From the NCBI RefSeq assembly GCF_001194135.2, contig NC_069003.1, forward strand, positions 36,999,567-37,041,541: 41,975 nucleotides of DNA. The letters run 5' to 3'. Source of the stretch: Octopus bimaculoides (Eukaryota). The notes below the pieces were generated by a model. That model was not told the origin of the DNA. It saw only the letters and a program-made list of their open reading frames with translations, and searched no databases. Each line of letters opens with the position of its first letter. The stretch's first letter is position 1. The translations under genes were made by a program, and so were the position numbers. This document shows positions 23,160 to 35,165 of the stretch, one piece after another.

Positions 23160-23295
23160 GGCCTGCATTGCCCCTTTGTATTGGAACAACTTTGACCTCA
23201 GCCTAAATCATATCCTCGTACGAAGATATATTCCAATCTTTTATAATGTGGAGGCTGAGGTCAAAGTTGTTCCAATACAAGAGGCAATACAGGCC
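23160..23295. repeat. Inverted repeat, about 44-bp arms with a 47-nt loop
   Basis: 23176-23204 and 23252-23280 are a perfect 29-bp reverse complement, extended imperfectly to 23160/23295. Confidence 0.93.
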
Positions 23296-23341
<46 letters not shown>

Positions 23342-23703
23342 ACACACCAACTATTTATTGCTTTATGGCACATAAAAATATCGGAAGTAGAGACGAATGT
23401 AGACCATAACTATGGTTGAATGGATTTCAAATTTTCGTTCGAGACGAAAGATATTTGACAATCATAAGCAGATTCCATAACAAACATGACAACTGTTACA
23501 TGACAATTACGAAACTGCGTGACACTAGTTTATAAAGCGACTTAAAAACATCGATTCACTAAGATTATCTGTGCCATTGGTAGACAAAAACTCGCCAGAT
23601 ACTTAAAAATCTAAAACACGAACAAGGGAGATAACTCCAATAAAAGCAATTGAAATTCCGGTTGATTTACAAAACTGCCGAACAATGAATATGGTGAAGA
23701 CAG

Positions 23704-23734
<31 letters not shown>

Positions 23735-24034
23735 GGCCAGAATTATATATATATTTGTAGGACAAATGGTGTTGGTAAGAACAATACTAGCACCAGCAGG
23801 GAGTGTAGAAACCATTACAACGTAAACGGGGATTTTATCGTCTGAAATACCAACTCGTATTTATGAATGTAAGACGGCAACAAGCATGGCCTGAATATCG
23901 CGTGTGTGTATATATTTATACACACCATTTCAACTTCGAAAAGAGAACCACACACACAAGCCAAGGGTGAATTGCGTAAGATGAGCAAAAAAAATGACTA
24001 GAGTTACCCAGGCATTATGCAACTGGTAAGAAAG

Positions 24035-24082
<48 letters not shown>

Positions 24083-24641
24083 NNNNNNNNNNNNNNNNNN
24101 NNNNNNNNNNNNNNNNNNNNNNNNNNNNNNNNNNNNNNNNNNNNNNNNNNNNNNNNNNNNNNNNNNNNNNNNNNNNNNNNNNNNNNNNNNNNNNNNNNNN
24201 NNNNNNNNNNNNNNNNNNNNNNNNNNNNNNNNNNNNNNNNNNNNNNNNNNNNNNNNNNNNNNNNNNNNNNNNNNNNNNNNNNNNNNNNNNNNNNNNNNNN
24301 NNNNNNNNNNNNNNNNNNNNNNNNNNNNNNNNNNNNNNNNNNNNNGGTGAAATACAGAGTACCGTTCATACACGAGGGGAAGTAGAATCAACCAAACCGG
24401 CAGCATTTCCTTCCCAGAGCTGAGAGTCCTACATACACCAAGAAAATATAGATATATTCAGCAATATATATATATGTATATAGCCATGGTACACTTGTGG
24501 GCATGGCATATATATTTAGCAATATACCTACATGTGTGTTTGGTAAATGCCAACGCACGAAACTCTCGGCCCTTGAGTAACTTTTAACGATTAATAAAAA
24601 AAGAAACGTGTGTATATATATATATATATACACATATAGCC

Positions 24642-24675
<34 letters not shown>

Positions 24676-25054
24676 CTGGTCTTCAGTGTTCGACCTAGTT
24701 CGGTTTGGAAGGGACTGAAAATAACATCAGTGAATGTATTTCGTTTTAACCGCCACGGTTCAGGCCATGTTGGAGCATCGTTTAAGTAATCTAATCTATT
24801 ATTGACTTCCTACTCGCTATCATTATTATTATGCGTGTGTGTGTGTATTTCATTTATTGATAGAGTTTTCTTATCTTCCCAGAAGGAAAATGGACAGAGA
24901 CAGAGGGCGGCTTTGAATTGTTTTACTGAGGGGAAACTGCAAGGTTACCATAACAGAAGAGAAGTGAAATAAATCAATACCAAAAGTCTGTTTTCTTTGT
25001 AAATAAAGGATTTCCCACTGGTTGAATGTAAAAGAAACAGAACACTATACTCAC

Positions 25055-25490
25055 GCGTTTTACTTGTCCAGTCTTGTCTTGTCGAATGGGAAAGAAAAGG
25101 TAGAACCTAAAAGTCCATGGGTGGGGACCGACTGAGGCTGAAAGAAATGGACATTGCTGCTAATGGTGAAGGAGAATTGGAGCCAAAGAAGGCCAGGACC
25201 GACTTTTATGGATGTGTAAGAGACAGGGTCGAAGACGGGAGTCTGTTGAAGTTAGCGGTTATTTTGGCTGACAAGCCAGAAAGAGCAGCTGAAGGAATGA
25301 GAGAGAGAGAAAGGGAGGAATATATATAGGGAGGGGGAAACGGTAGGTGAGGGAAAGAGAAATGAGGACAGAAGGAAGCAATGGGAAGAGGAGTTAGAGC
25401 AAAGGTAAGAGGAATATGAATAAGGAGAGAGGGAGGAGAAGATAACAGAAACGAAATCGGGTACAAGTGTCTTCTGTTAGAAGCGAAGTG
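25055..25490 (-). other. Candidate non-coding exon (alternative 5'-UTR); upstream edge unknown
   Basis: CGC|GTGAGTA donor at 25055/25054 following pyrimidine-rich unique sequence. Confidence 0.3.
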
Positions 25491-25900
25491 GGAGGAGTCA
25501 GAGAAAGGGAGAGAGAGAGAGAGATGAAATAAGCGAAGGAGAAAGAGAGTGAATACGATTCAGAGGGAAGGAAAGGAAAGATGTTAAGGGAGAGAGAGGG
25601 AGAAGTAGGAGAGAAATAAAGTAGAGAGAGAGGAGAAAGAAAAAAAATAGATATGGTAAGGGAAGGAAAGAGAAAGAAGTATAAAACTAGAGAGGGGAAG
25701 TTGAACGGCGAAGCGCTATCTGACTATCTATCTATCTATTTGTGTATGTGTTTGTATATGTATGTGTGTGTGTTTGTATATGTATGTGTGTGTGTTTGCG
25801 TGCGCGTTAGTAAAAAAAAAAAAGCCGAAGTAAGGGAAATAGTAAAAAAGAAAAATCAGAAAGAGAAAAAGAAAGAGTGAGAGAGAGAGTCGCAAATCAC

Positions 25901-25937
<37 letters not shown>

Positions 25938-26036
25938 CAGATAGATAAGTTGTGACAGAAATAGAAATGATAAGANNNNNNNNNNGACAGAAATAGAAAT
26001 GATAAGAGTATGTAGGAGAAGAGAGAGAGAGAGAGA

Positions 26037-26126
26037 GGACGAGTGGACGAATATGTGCGTGTGTGAGAGAGAGAGAGAGAGAGGACGAGTGGACGAATAT
26101 GTGCGTGTGTGAGAGAGAGAGAGAGA
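26037..26126. repeat. Tandem duplication, 2 x about 44 bp, GGACGAGTGGACGAATATGTGCGTGTGT(GA)n
   Basis: Direct inspection. Confidence 0.9.
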
Positions 26127-26247
26127 GAATATGTGTGAATGAGTATTTGAATGGGAGAGCGTGAATGTATGTGACAGACTATTATAGATGTGCCAGAGAA
26201 AGTGTGTTTATATAAGTTCCAGTTTAGTTCGTCACATTTATATTGAG

Positions 26248-26575
26248 AGGCAGCAGGGACAGGATGACCGAGTAGTAAAGTTCGCTTCGCGATCGTAAAG
26301 TTCGCTTCGCGATCGTAAAGTTCGCTTCACGATCGTAAAGTCTTAGTTTCGATTCCGTTACGTGTCTTTTTCTATAACTTCGACTTGATCCACATCTTGT
26401 GGAAACTGTACTGAGGCTCGTCGGCTGGATTGTACCAGTAATGCTCACACAGGCTGATTCTATTTGAGATTCCATTAAGGGTACACGTGTCTGTGGAATA
26501 CTCAGCCACTTAAACGCTGATTCAATGAGGAGGATGTAGTTTGGTTGATCAAACAACTAAATACATATGGTTGGA
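26248..26575 (+). mobile_element. tRNA-derived SINE with an internal 20-bp triplication
   Basis: A-box-like TGACCGAGTAG (26265-26275) and B-box-like GTTTCGATTCC (26346-26356); body contains GTCTGTGGAATACTCAGCCACTT. Edges approximate. Confidence 0.65.
26275..26341. repeat. Tandem repeat, 3.3 x GTAAAGTTCGCTTCGCGATC
   Basis: Units at 26275, 26295 and 26315 (one G>A), plus partial GTAAAGT. Confidence 0.97.
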
Positions 26576-26704
26576 AATTCTGACTGAAAACCATTTTTAT
26601 GAGAGAGAGACAGACAGACAGAGTATATGAGTGATATATATTGATGTATGTGTGTGTATATACACACGTGTATACGGCTATATATATGTATATATATACA
26701 ATAT

Positions 26705-27440
26705 ACATGACAACTGGAAGTTCCTACAGGACAATCTATTAAGGGCAACAGACCAAATCTGTGGTTGGAGCAAAGCCAGACCAAGGGTGACACATGGTAG
26801 AGTGGAACAGTGATGCTGATACGGCCATGAAAGAAAAGAGACAGATCTGGAAAGACTGGAAAAGTGGGGAGGGAGCAGAGAATCAGATGAGAAAACTAAA
26901 AGGGAGGGGGCTAGACATGAGGTTTATGTAGCTAAGGGTAGAAGCAGAAAGGAAGAGGTTTGCCAAAGTCCTACAGTGTGATGATCAGAGACTTGAAGTG
27001 TTCCAGGTTGCTAAGACACTGTGTCAGTGGGAATCAGGATATTGTTGGAGAGAAGTGTGCACAGATGGATAATGGTATACTTATCATCATCATCATCATC
27101 AATTAACGTCCGTTTTCCATGCTGGCATGGGTTGGACGATTTGACTGAGGTCTGGAGAGCCAGTGGCTGCACCAGGTTCCAATGGACAAGAAAGAGATGT
27201 GGAAAAGTAATTATGCAAGACTGTTGAATGTAGAACATTAATGGGATAAAGGAAGTCTCCCTCATGTGTGCCCAACGAAGGGACCAGCTATTCTAGTGGA
27301 TAGCAGTATGATAGATAAGACAAAAGCATGAAAACTGGCTCCTGATCCATCCAGAATCACAGCTGAGATGCTCAAGATATCCAGTAAGGTGGGATATGAG
27401 CTGGTTACCTGCACGGTTAATCAGGTCATTCAAGCTGTCA
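26705..27440 (+). mobile_element. Degenerate RTE-like LINE ORF fragment (region upstream of RT) with frameshifts, interrupted by a nested insertion
   Basis: Piecewise translation across frames gives IHDNWKFLQDNLLRATDQICGWSK, KEKRQIWKDWKSG, EAERKRFAKVL, NQDIVGEKC, RLLNVEH and ITAEMLKISSKVGYELVT, typical of LINE ORF2 between the endonuclease and RT. Confidence 0.78.
27083..27183 (-). mobile_element. Retroposon 3' end with (ATC)6 tail nested in the older LINE
   Basis: TTAACGTCCGTTTTCCATGCTGGCATGGGTTGGACGATTTGACTGAGG is the reverse complement of the tail-proximal sequence at about 205-253. Confidence 0.88.
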
Positions 27441-28609
27441 AAAACGACAGCTGTTTTACTGATAGTTTCCTTTTACTGTTTCACTGAATGGTTTTGATGA
27501 TAATTATAAAAGTTTAAACCAAAATGATAATACTCTGTCTGCAAAGATATAACATATTCACAAAATATGTTTTTATCTTCAGAAGATCTTTTACTGAAAT
27601 ATTCTGACTAATATTCTCTACACGTGGATTGCTGGTGATTCCCCCCCCCCNNNNNNNNNNNNNNNNNNNNNNNNNNNNNNNNNNNNNNNNNNNNNNNNNN
27701 NNNNNNNNNNNNNNNNNNNNNNNNNNNNNNNNNNNNNNNNNNNNNNNNNNNNNNNNNNNNNNNNNNNNNNNNNNNNNNNNNNNNNNNNNNNNNNNNNNNN
27801 NNNNNNNNNNNNNNNNNNNNNNNNNNNNNNNNNNNNNNNNNNNNNNNNNNNNNNNNNNNNNNNNNNNNNNNNNNNNNNNNNNNNNNNNNNNNNNNNNNNN
27901 NNNNNNNNNNNNNNNNNNNNNNNNNNNNNNNNNNNNNNNNNNNNNNNNNNNNNNNNNNNNNNNNNNNNNNNNNNNNNNNNNNNNNNNNNNNNNNNNNNNN
28001 NNNNNNNNNNNNNNNNNNNNNNNNNNNNNNNNNNNNNNNNNNNNNNNNNNNNNNNNNNNNNNNNNNNNNNNNNNNNNNNNNNNNNNNNNNNNNNNNNNNN
28101 NNNNNNNNNNNNNNNNNNNNNNNNNNNNNNNNNNNNNNNNNNNNNNNNNNNNNNNNNNNNNNNNNNNNNNNNNNNNNNNNNNNNNNNNNNNNNNNNNNNN
28201 NNNNNNNNNNNNNNNNNNNNNNNNNNNNNNNNNNNNNNNNATATATATATATACATGTATATATATATATATATACAACAAGAATAATATTTGTCTCTTA
28301 TTATAGAAACAAAAGGGTTTATAGGACTGCAAAAGAAATGCTCAAATATAAATATTTGAAGATATGTATGTTTGTACATATGTATGTGTGTATGTATGCA
28401 TGTGTATGTATGTATGTGTGTGTGTGTGTATGTGTGTATGTATGTGTATATGTATGTATGTAAGTATGTGTGAGAGAGAGAGGAAGAAAGAAATAAGATA
28501 AGAAAGCTAAAGAGAGATAGAGGTGGTGGTGGCGGTGGGGGGTGAACATGTCACAAACTGATTAAAAAATCCATTGTTGTTGTAGAAAGAGAGAAGACAT
28601 TTTGCTCAC

Positions 28610-28805
28610 CTCCTGTTGCACGACACAGCTTTCTCCCTCTTGTTGTTGTTGTTGTATTGGAATCAATCGGATGATTAAGCGACTGTCGTCTGTTTTTATA
28701 TTTCGCTGTCGTTATTGATGTTGTTTGTTATTTTTCATTGCTGCATTGATGACTCAATCTGATGGCTTTCAATAGATTTGTACGTTTATTCATCATATTT
28801 CACTG
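28610..28805 (-). other. Candidate non-coding exon; upstream edge unknown
   Basis: GAG|GTGAGC donor at 28610/28609; unique CpG-containing sequence; no ATG-initiated frame runs to the donor. Confidence 0.27.
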
Positions 28806-28808
28806 AAA

Positions 28809-28875
28809 TGGATGGAGGGATGGAGGGATGGATGGAGGGGTGGAGGGATGGAGGGATGGAGGGATGGAGGGGTGG
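28809..28875. repeat. (GATGGAGG)n octamer minisatellite
   Basis: About 8 imperfect units. Confidence 0.88.
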
Positions 28876-31800
28876 AAAGATGGTTGTTGTGCTTTTTTAA
28901 AAAAATATTTGCTGGGAAATCAATGGAATTGCAGTGGAAGATCCATAAACTACCATGGCTTTTATTGAATGACAGTTCTTTGTGTGTGTTTGTGTGTGCA
29001 TGATAGTTTAATTAATGAATTAGTGTGTAATGTATCGTAATGATAGTGGTGGTGGTGATGTTGGTGGTAGTGGAAGCAGCGGTGGTGATGTTCATGCAAT
29101 GTATTGTTCCAATGCTGGTGGTGATGGTGATGGTGGTGGTGGTGGTGGCAGTTGTAATGTTATTATATTTTTGACCCTTAAACTGAGTAATCCTTCTCCC
29201 TTCATGTTATTGAGTAAGGGTGACCCCTTATTAATACTTTTGCCAAGGTCATGTTACTGTTTCATACCTGCATGTTTGAGCTTTCAAACATTCTTTCACG
29301 TTCTTTAACAGGTGATGGCATAAAAAACATACAAGTCATTACATAGAATTTATTTTACCATTTGATCCAGAAATCTACAGGGATTTGTAGCATTGTGCTC
29401 CTTATGTACCAATGAAATCAAACGCAGAAAGGGGCTGACCCTTGAAGATGCTGATCCTTACAATCTCATACTGAAGTTTCATTTTTATATATTTATTCAT
29501 TTGTTCTCTTCTTTTTTTTGTTATTAAGTAACCATGGTTACATACTATATCTATCTCCCAGATGACTTACCTAGTTACCTGGCACTCTGCCCAGGTAAAC
29601 ATCTTTAGAGGTGAGCTCTTCTCATTAGGTCCAATCTATGGCAGGGTTTACTATTCTCATGGCAGCGAGAGTTGATTGGTGCTGACTTGGAATCGGTGAA
29701 CAGAGTTTTGAAACTCGCATCATCATCACCACCACCAACATCATTGTCGTCGTCATCGTCATCGTCATCACCAGCAGCATCACTATTATCGTAGCTGCCC
29801 GTTGTAACCATATCCAGAATTATTTCAAACATTAATCCACTCCTAACACCACCACCACCACCACCAATGCCACCAACATCATTACCACCACCATTGCCGC
29901 TATCGCCACCACCACCTCTAGTACCACTGTTACTACCACCACCACCATCCCAAACACAACCAACCCTTCCACCCCCCTCACCCCCACAGTTACCACCAAT
30001 GCTATCAAAGCAGGCAGTCTCACCTCAATCCCTACCCTACAACATCACCATGACCACCAGAAGGCAGTCCCTCCACCTCCCACGATAATTAAGCCATCAG
30101 GTGGGGATGGGGAGGAGGATACTAGCCATAACATTGGTCGTTTTCGTTTTTGTTTGGTCTTGTCAAACACCAATCAGTTACAAAACAATACCAGACTACA
30201 TTAGACAATGATAGGTAGGACTGTTTGCTGCTAATTAATAATAATGATGATGATGGGGATGATGATGATGATGATGATCATGATCATCATCATCATTATC
30301 ATCATCATCATGTTGTATACAATGCTCAGGTACAATACAGGTGAAAGTAGCCAAAAGTACATGGAATAATGGACAGGAAGTGACCAGTAAATGGGTCGTT
30401 AATAAAAAATTCTTTTTAAATAAATAAAAAGGTGGAGGCACATCAGGTGGGCTGTTGGTGAATTTCAGGAAGCATGGAAGTTTTGGAAGGGTGTGGTGGG
30501 GGATAAAAACTGTCCTTTAGTCTCAAGTATAAAGAAACAGTTGAGAGGTATATATATATATACACATATACCTACTTAGGTATATATATACACATAGAGG
30601 TATATATATACACATATACCTATTTACATTCATGCACATATACATACACGCTATACAGATACATGCTACCAACGAAAAATTCATATTTTATATTATGTAA
30701 GTATTTAAAATATATCAAAATGATTTGGTCTCCCCCCCCCCGCCACCTCCACCCCGTTTCCACCCCCATTGCCTTAATCCTCCACATCCCTTTTTACCTC
30801 CAGCCCCACCCAACCAACCGGTGTACGACATCATTTAAACTGAGGATAGTGTATGGAGTGAGGAGATAATCCCTGCCAACCCCAATCTTCAACTCCAACA
30901 CTAAGCTCTTGTAGCAATAAGGGAGGGGTGGGGTGTGAGGGTTGAATTAAAAATGGGATTATCAGTTTTGTGAGTGTTTCCACCTTTCAGTTAGCTGTAA
31001 CCATAGTGATTGCCAGATTTACAGGTACCTAATACCATTTATCAGTTTAGAAAAATTGCTTATCATTGTAACCTCTCCTTCCCTTTTTCACACACACACA
31101 CACACACAATGGCCTTCTTTTAGTTTCTGTCTTTCAAATTTACTCAAAAGGTTTTGGTTAGCCTGGTGTTATTATGCCAAAGGTGGCACGCAGTGGAATT
31201 GAACTCAAAAATATGTAGTTGGAAGGTACATAGCTACACCTGAGTATGTGTGTGTGTGTGTGTGTATAGATTTCTTATATACCACAAGATGGTCTTAAAT
31301 TAGAATATCTCCAGTATTCAGCTGGTACTTAAAACATTGACCTTGGAAGGCTAAAAAGCCAACTGAATGCTGCCAGATTTGAACTCAGGCCATAAACATG
31401 CACAACACCACAGCACAAGCCCTCTCTCTGTGTCACTCTACTGACTCTACCAATCCTCCACCCAATGGACTTATCACTTCATGATTCAATGGATTCTTCC
31501 TTATTTTAAAAGACATTTGGTTCTGATGTGAGGGAGATTTGGCTGCTGTTTCTAGCATGTTTAGTGACCATGTAGACGTTCCTTTATTGGTTTATTTATT
31601 ATTATTATTATTACTCAGTTGTTGATGTAATTTTGCTATGTGAGGGGGCAGGGTTCATTAATGCCCCCTCTTTCTGCTTTATTATTTGAAGAGACCCACT
31701 TCAATTGTTGTTGTTGATGTTGGAGGTGGAAGTGGAGATAGTTTGGTGACCCTAAATCACTCCTGACTGGGCAGAACTGTTATGAAAGGCATTCCAGTTG

Positions 31801-32561
31801 TGACCATCACGTCTATTTTTAAGGACGTCTAGGGCTGTAGTATTCAACATGTCCCTTTTCTATTTAACTTGGAAAAATACATAATTTTTATCAGGGCGAC
31901 GTGACTGCTATTTCTAGCAGGTCGAGCGACCACCTAGAGTCTGCCCCCCCCCCCTCGTGGACTCGACCCACTTCAGTTGATGGGTTGTGTTTATTAATAG
32001 GCTGTTAATGGTTTGTTTTCAACAAGAAGACTGAAACAACAACAACAACAACAGCAACACTCACATGCACAGTAAGTCACGCCCACGCACGCACTTGTAT
32101 GCACAAATACACACATAAACACACACACTCACATAGGCATACATACACATTAATACCTCCATGTACACAAACTCACACATTCACAAATATATACAGACAC
32201 ATATATACATACAAACAAATTCATTCATACACCCAAGTACACAGGCTCACTCCCACATACACATTTGTTCACACACACACACACACGAATAGCTTACCAC
32301 ATGAAACATCCACTTATTCATGGTGAGACCATCTTAGTTAAGTAGAAACTCAGTGCCAGGCAGGTGGAGGGCGGGAGAGATCTTTGTCAGAAGAACTCCT
32401 GCCAAGCAAGTCTTTGGGCTCACTGGTTCCAAGAATGTTTATAGATCAACCAGGGAGTTAACTGTTTCAATGGGGCACCAGTCAAGTGCTGGGGGTTGAT
32501 GTCATCAACTAACCCCTTCTCCTAAAATCTCTGCCCTTCTTCTGACCATAGTAGAAAGGAT

Positions 32562-32957
32562 TATTTGTAGGGCAGTGAAACTGGCAGAACCATTAGCAGG
32601 CTGGACGAAATACTTTGCAGTATGTAGTCCTTCTTTATGTTCTGAGTTCAAATTCTGCCAAGGTCAGCTTTGCCTGTCATCCTTCAGGGTCGATGAAATA
32701 AGTATCAATCAAGTTCTGGGGTAGATGGAATTGACTTAGCCCCTCCCCTCAAATTGTGCTTCTTGTAGGAAGGACATCTTTCAACCATTATTATACAGAT
32801 GACACACGTAAAACCCCTGATCCCTGGACACAGCACGCAATATTTTTGTGGGCAGTGTTGGCCATATTATAGGGGTTGTCACTAAAGAAGGACTACATAC
32901 TGCAAAGTATTTTGTCCAGCATGCTAATGGTTCTGCCAGCTCGTTGCCCTACAAATA
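32562..32957. repeat. Local inverted duplication, about 75-bp arms with a 245-bp spacer
   Basis: 32581-32637 vs reverse complement of 32883-32939 is 55/57 identical; flanking TATTTGTAGGGCA (32562-32574) is also mirrored at 32945-32957. Confidence 0.92.
32565..32770 (+). mobile_element. tRNA-derived SINE, family 3 (TTCTGAGTTCAAAT type)
   Basis: CTGGCAGAA...TTCTGAGTTCAAATTC...TTTGCCT.TCATCC...GATAAA...GTACCAG. Related copies at about 2490-2600, 2635-2776, 2960-3090, 33735-33885 (+) and 20545-20680, 20725-20830, 31310-31400 (-). Confidence 0.78.
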
Positions 32958-33260
32958 TGTAACGTATTGTGGAGGAGTGAATAGGGTTTGTCTGGCAGTA
33001 AATCATTTGGAGGTGAAAATATTTCAGGAAAATTACGCAACATACCATCCAACATAACTAATTAATACTCTCTCTCTCTCTCTCTCACACACACATATAA
33101 ATATATGTATGTATGTATGTATGTAAATTCCAAACTAGGGTAGACTGTCTGAGGGTATGATAGTACAAGTTTGGCAATTAGTAAATTTGATAATTGTCAT
33201 CAATTGCCTAATTTAAAACATCAGATGATGTGTTGTGAATATTGCATGATAGAAGCACGC

Positions 33261-33294
<34 letters not shown>

Positions 33295-34794
33295 TGAGAC
33301 ATTGATGGATTTCTTCAGAGAGGGCCATGGCCCAAAAGCCCAAAAAACGACGTCGTACAAGGACGAGCAAGCTGAACGATATTAATATATAAAAGTCTCC
33401 AACCACTCCTACCTATGCTCTGTGTATTTGCGATTTGATGCAGTGGAGAATACTCTCTCAAAGCACCGGTTATTAAAACACCTGAACGTTATGGACAGGT
33501 GAAACAATCCATCTCTAATCCCATCCAGGAGTGTTGGACATTGATGTTTCACCATTTTGGGGGCTTATCAACATTACATACCTGAACAGGATCAGAGATG
33601 AATCCTGTTGCCAGGCCATGACTTATATGCATGTAGCATGAAAACTATGCGTGGGTTTACCTGGACAAGGTATACATATGAATAAATTCAAAAATGAAAT
33701 AGAAGCACTTCTAGGGTGATAAACACCACTGTCTTTACATTCTGAGTTCAAATTCCACTGAGGTCAACCATGCCTTTCATCCTTTTGGGATTGATAAATT
33801 AAATACCAGTTGTGTACTGGGGATGATGTGATCAACTGTCCCCCTTCCCACAAAATCCAGGCCTTGTGCCTATAGTAGAAAAGATCATTGTTGTTGTTGT
33901 TGTTGTTATTATTATTATTATTATTATTAAGTAGTAGTAGTAGTAGTAGTAGCAGTACCAGTCAAGAACTGGGGGTTAATGTTATTGCTGATCCTCTTCC
34001 CCTCAAAAGTTCTGGGTTTGCCTCTTCAGAGAAAAACAAGAGTGTTTCTAACATTACCAAACTTAATGAGATCCAACAAAGTTGAACTCATTATCCTCNN
34101 NNNNNNNNCCCCCCGAGTTTTCCCTCCAAAATTGTTTCACAGCAAAACCAGAAACATTAGAGACTGTCTATATAGAATTACTGAATTCCAATGGTTTATG
34201 GTGTATTATGTTAATTCATAAGGTGGTGGTGGTGGTGGTGGGTGTGCGCGAGTGATGTTGGTAGCAATGGTAGTAGTGGTAGTAGTGGTGATGTATTTTG
34301 TTATTTGTGGTGGTGGTGGTTGTAATTGTTGAACGGACCGCATCTTAGTACTTTTACCGATGTTGTTGTTGTTGTTGTTTAGCTCCAATTCTTCCCTGGC
34401 TGCACAGACTAATGTTTGAAGCTGTTCTAGCCATGACCATCACATCTGTTTCTATATTCACAGCTGAATCGTTCAACATGTCCTTAATCTTCTAACACTG
34501 TTGTGCATGATTGAAAAAGAACATGGCTGCTATTTCTAGCAAATTGGATGACCACTTCCAATAGTTGTTGGTGTTGTTATAGAACCAACAGTCAGTTGTT
34601 CAACAGCTGCAATCCATTCTACAGGAGAGACTTTAGCGCCAAAACCCTTGTCTTGCTACAGAAACAGGGTGTGCTACTGGTAAGTATTACAACCGACCAA
34701 ATTGGAACATTGGTTGCAGTAGACACAGATAAATGCCATATGTTGAAATGGTGTCAGATACTGGGCTTATATAATAATATACACACAGTATACA

Positions 34795-34825
<31 letters not shown>

Positions 34826-34853
34826 AAGAGTATGTGTATGCAAATATATATAC

Positions 34854-34908
<55 letters not shown>

Positions 34909-35165
34909 NNNNNNNNNNNNNNNNNNNNNNNNNNNNNNNNNNNNNNNNNNNNNNNNNNNNNNNNNNNNNNNNNNNNNNNNNNNNNNNNNNNNNNNNNNNN
35001 NNNNNNNNNNNNNNNNNNNNNNNNNNNNNNNNNNNNNNNNNNNNNNNNNNNNNNNNNNNNNNNNNNNNNNNNNNNNNNNNNNNNNNNNNNNNNNNNNNNN
35101 NNNNNNNNNNNNNNNNNNNNNNNNNNNNNNNNNNNNNNNNNNNNNNNNNNNNNNNNNNNNNNNNN

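Noticed and set aside
25945-26010. Direct repeat GACAGAAATAGAAATGATAAGA on both sides of a 10-N gap
   Set aside because: Typical unmerged contig overlap; probably an assembly artefact.
26275-26341. CRISPR-like direct repeats
   Set aside because: Units are contiguous with no spacers, there are no cas genes, and the context is a eukaryotic SINE.
29040-30000. Complementarity between the (GGT/GAT)n tract at 29040-29150 and the (ACC/ATC)n tract at 29720-30000
   Set aside because: Expected by chance given how common these triplet repeats are here; no unique-sequence pairing.
29605-30088. Pro-rich, Asp-rich and Val-rich ORFs resembling formin, mucin or membrane proteins
   Set aside because: These are frame translations of cryptic (ACC)/(ATC) repeats with no splice signals or domain context.
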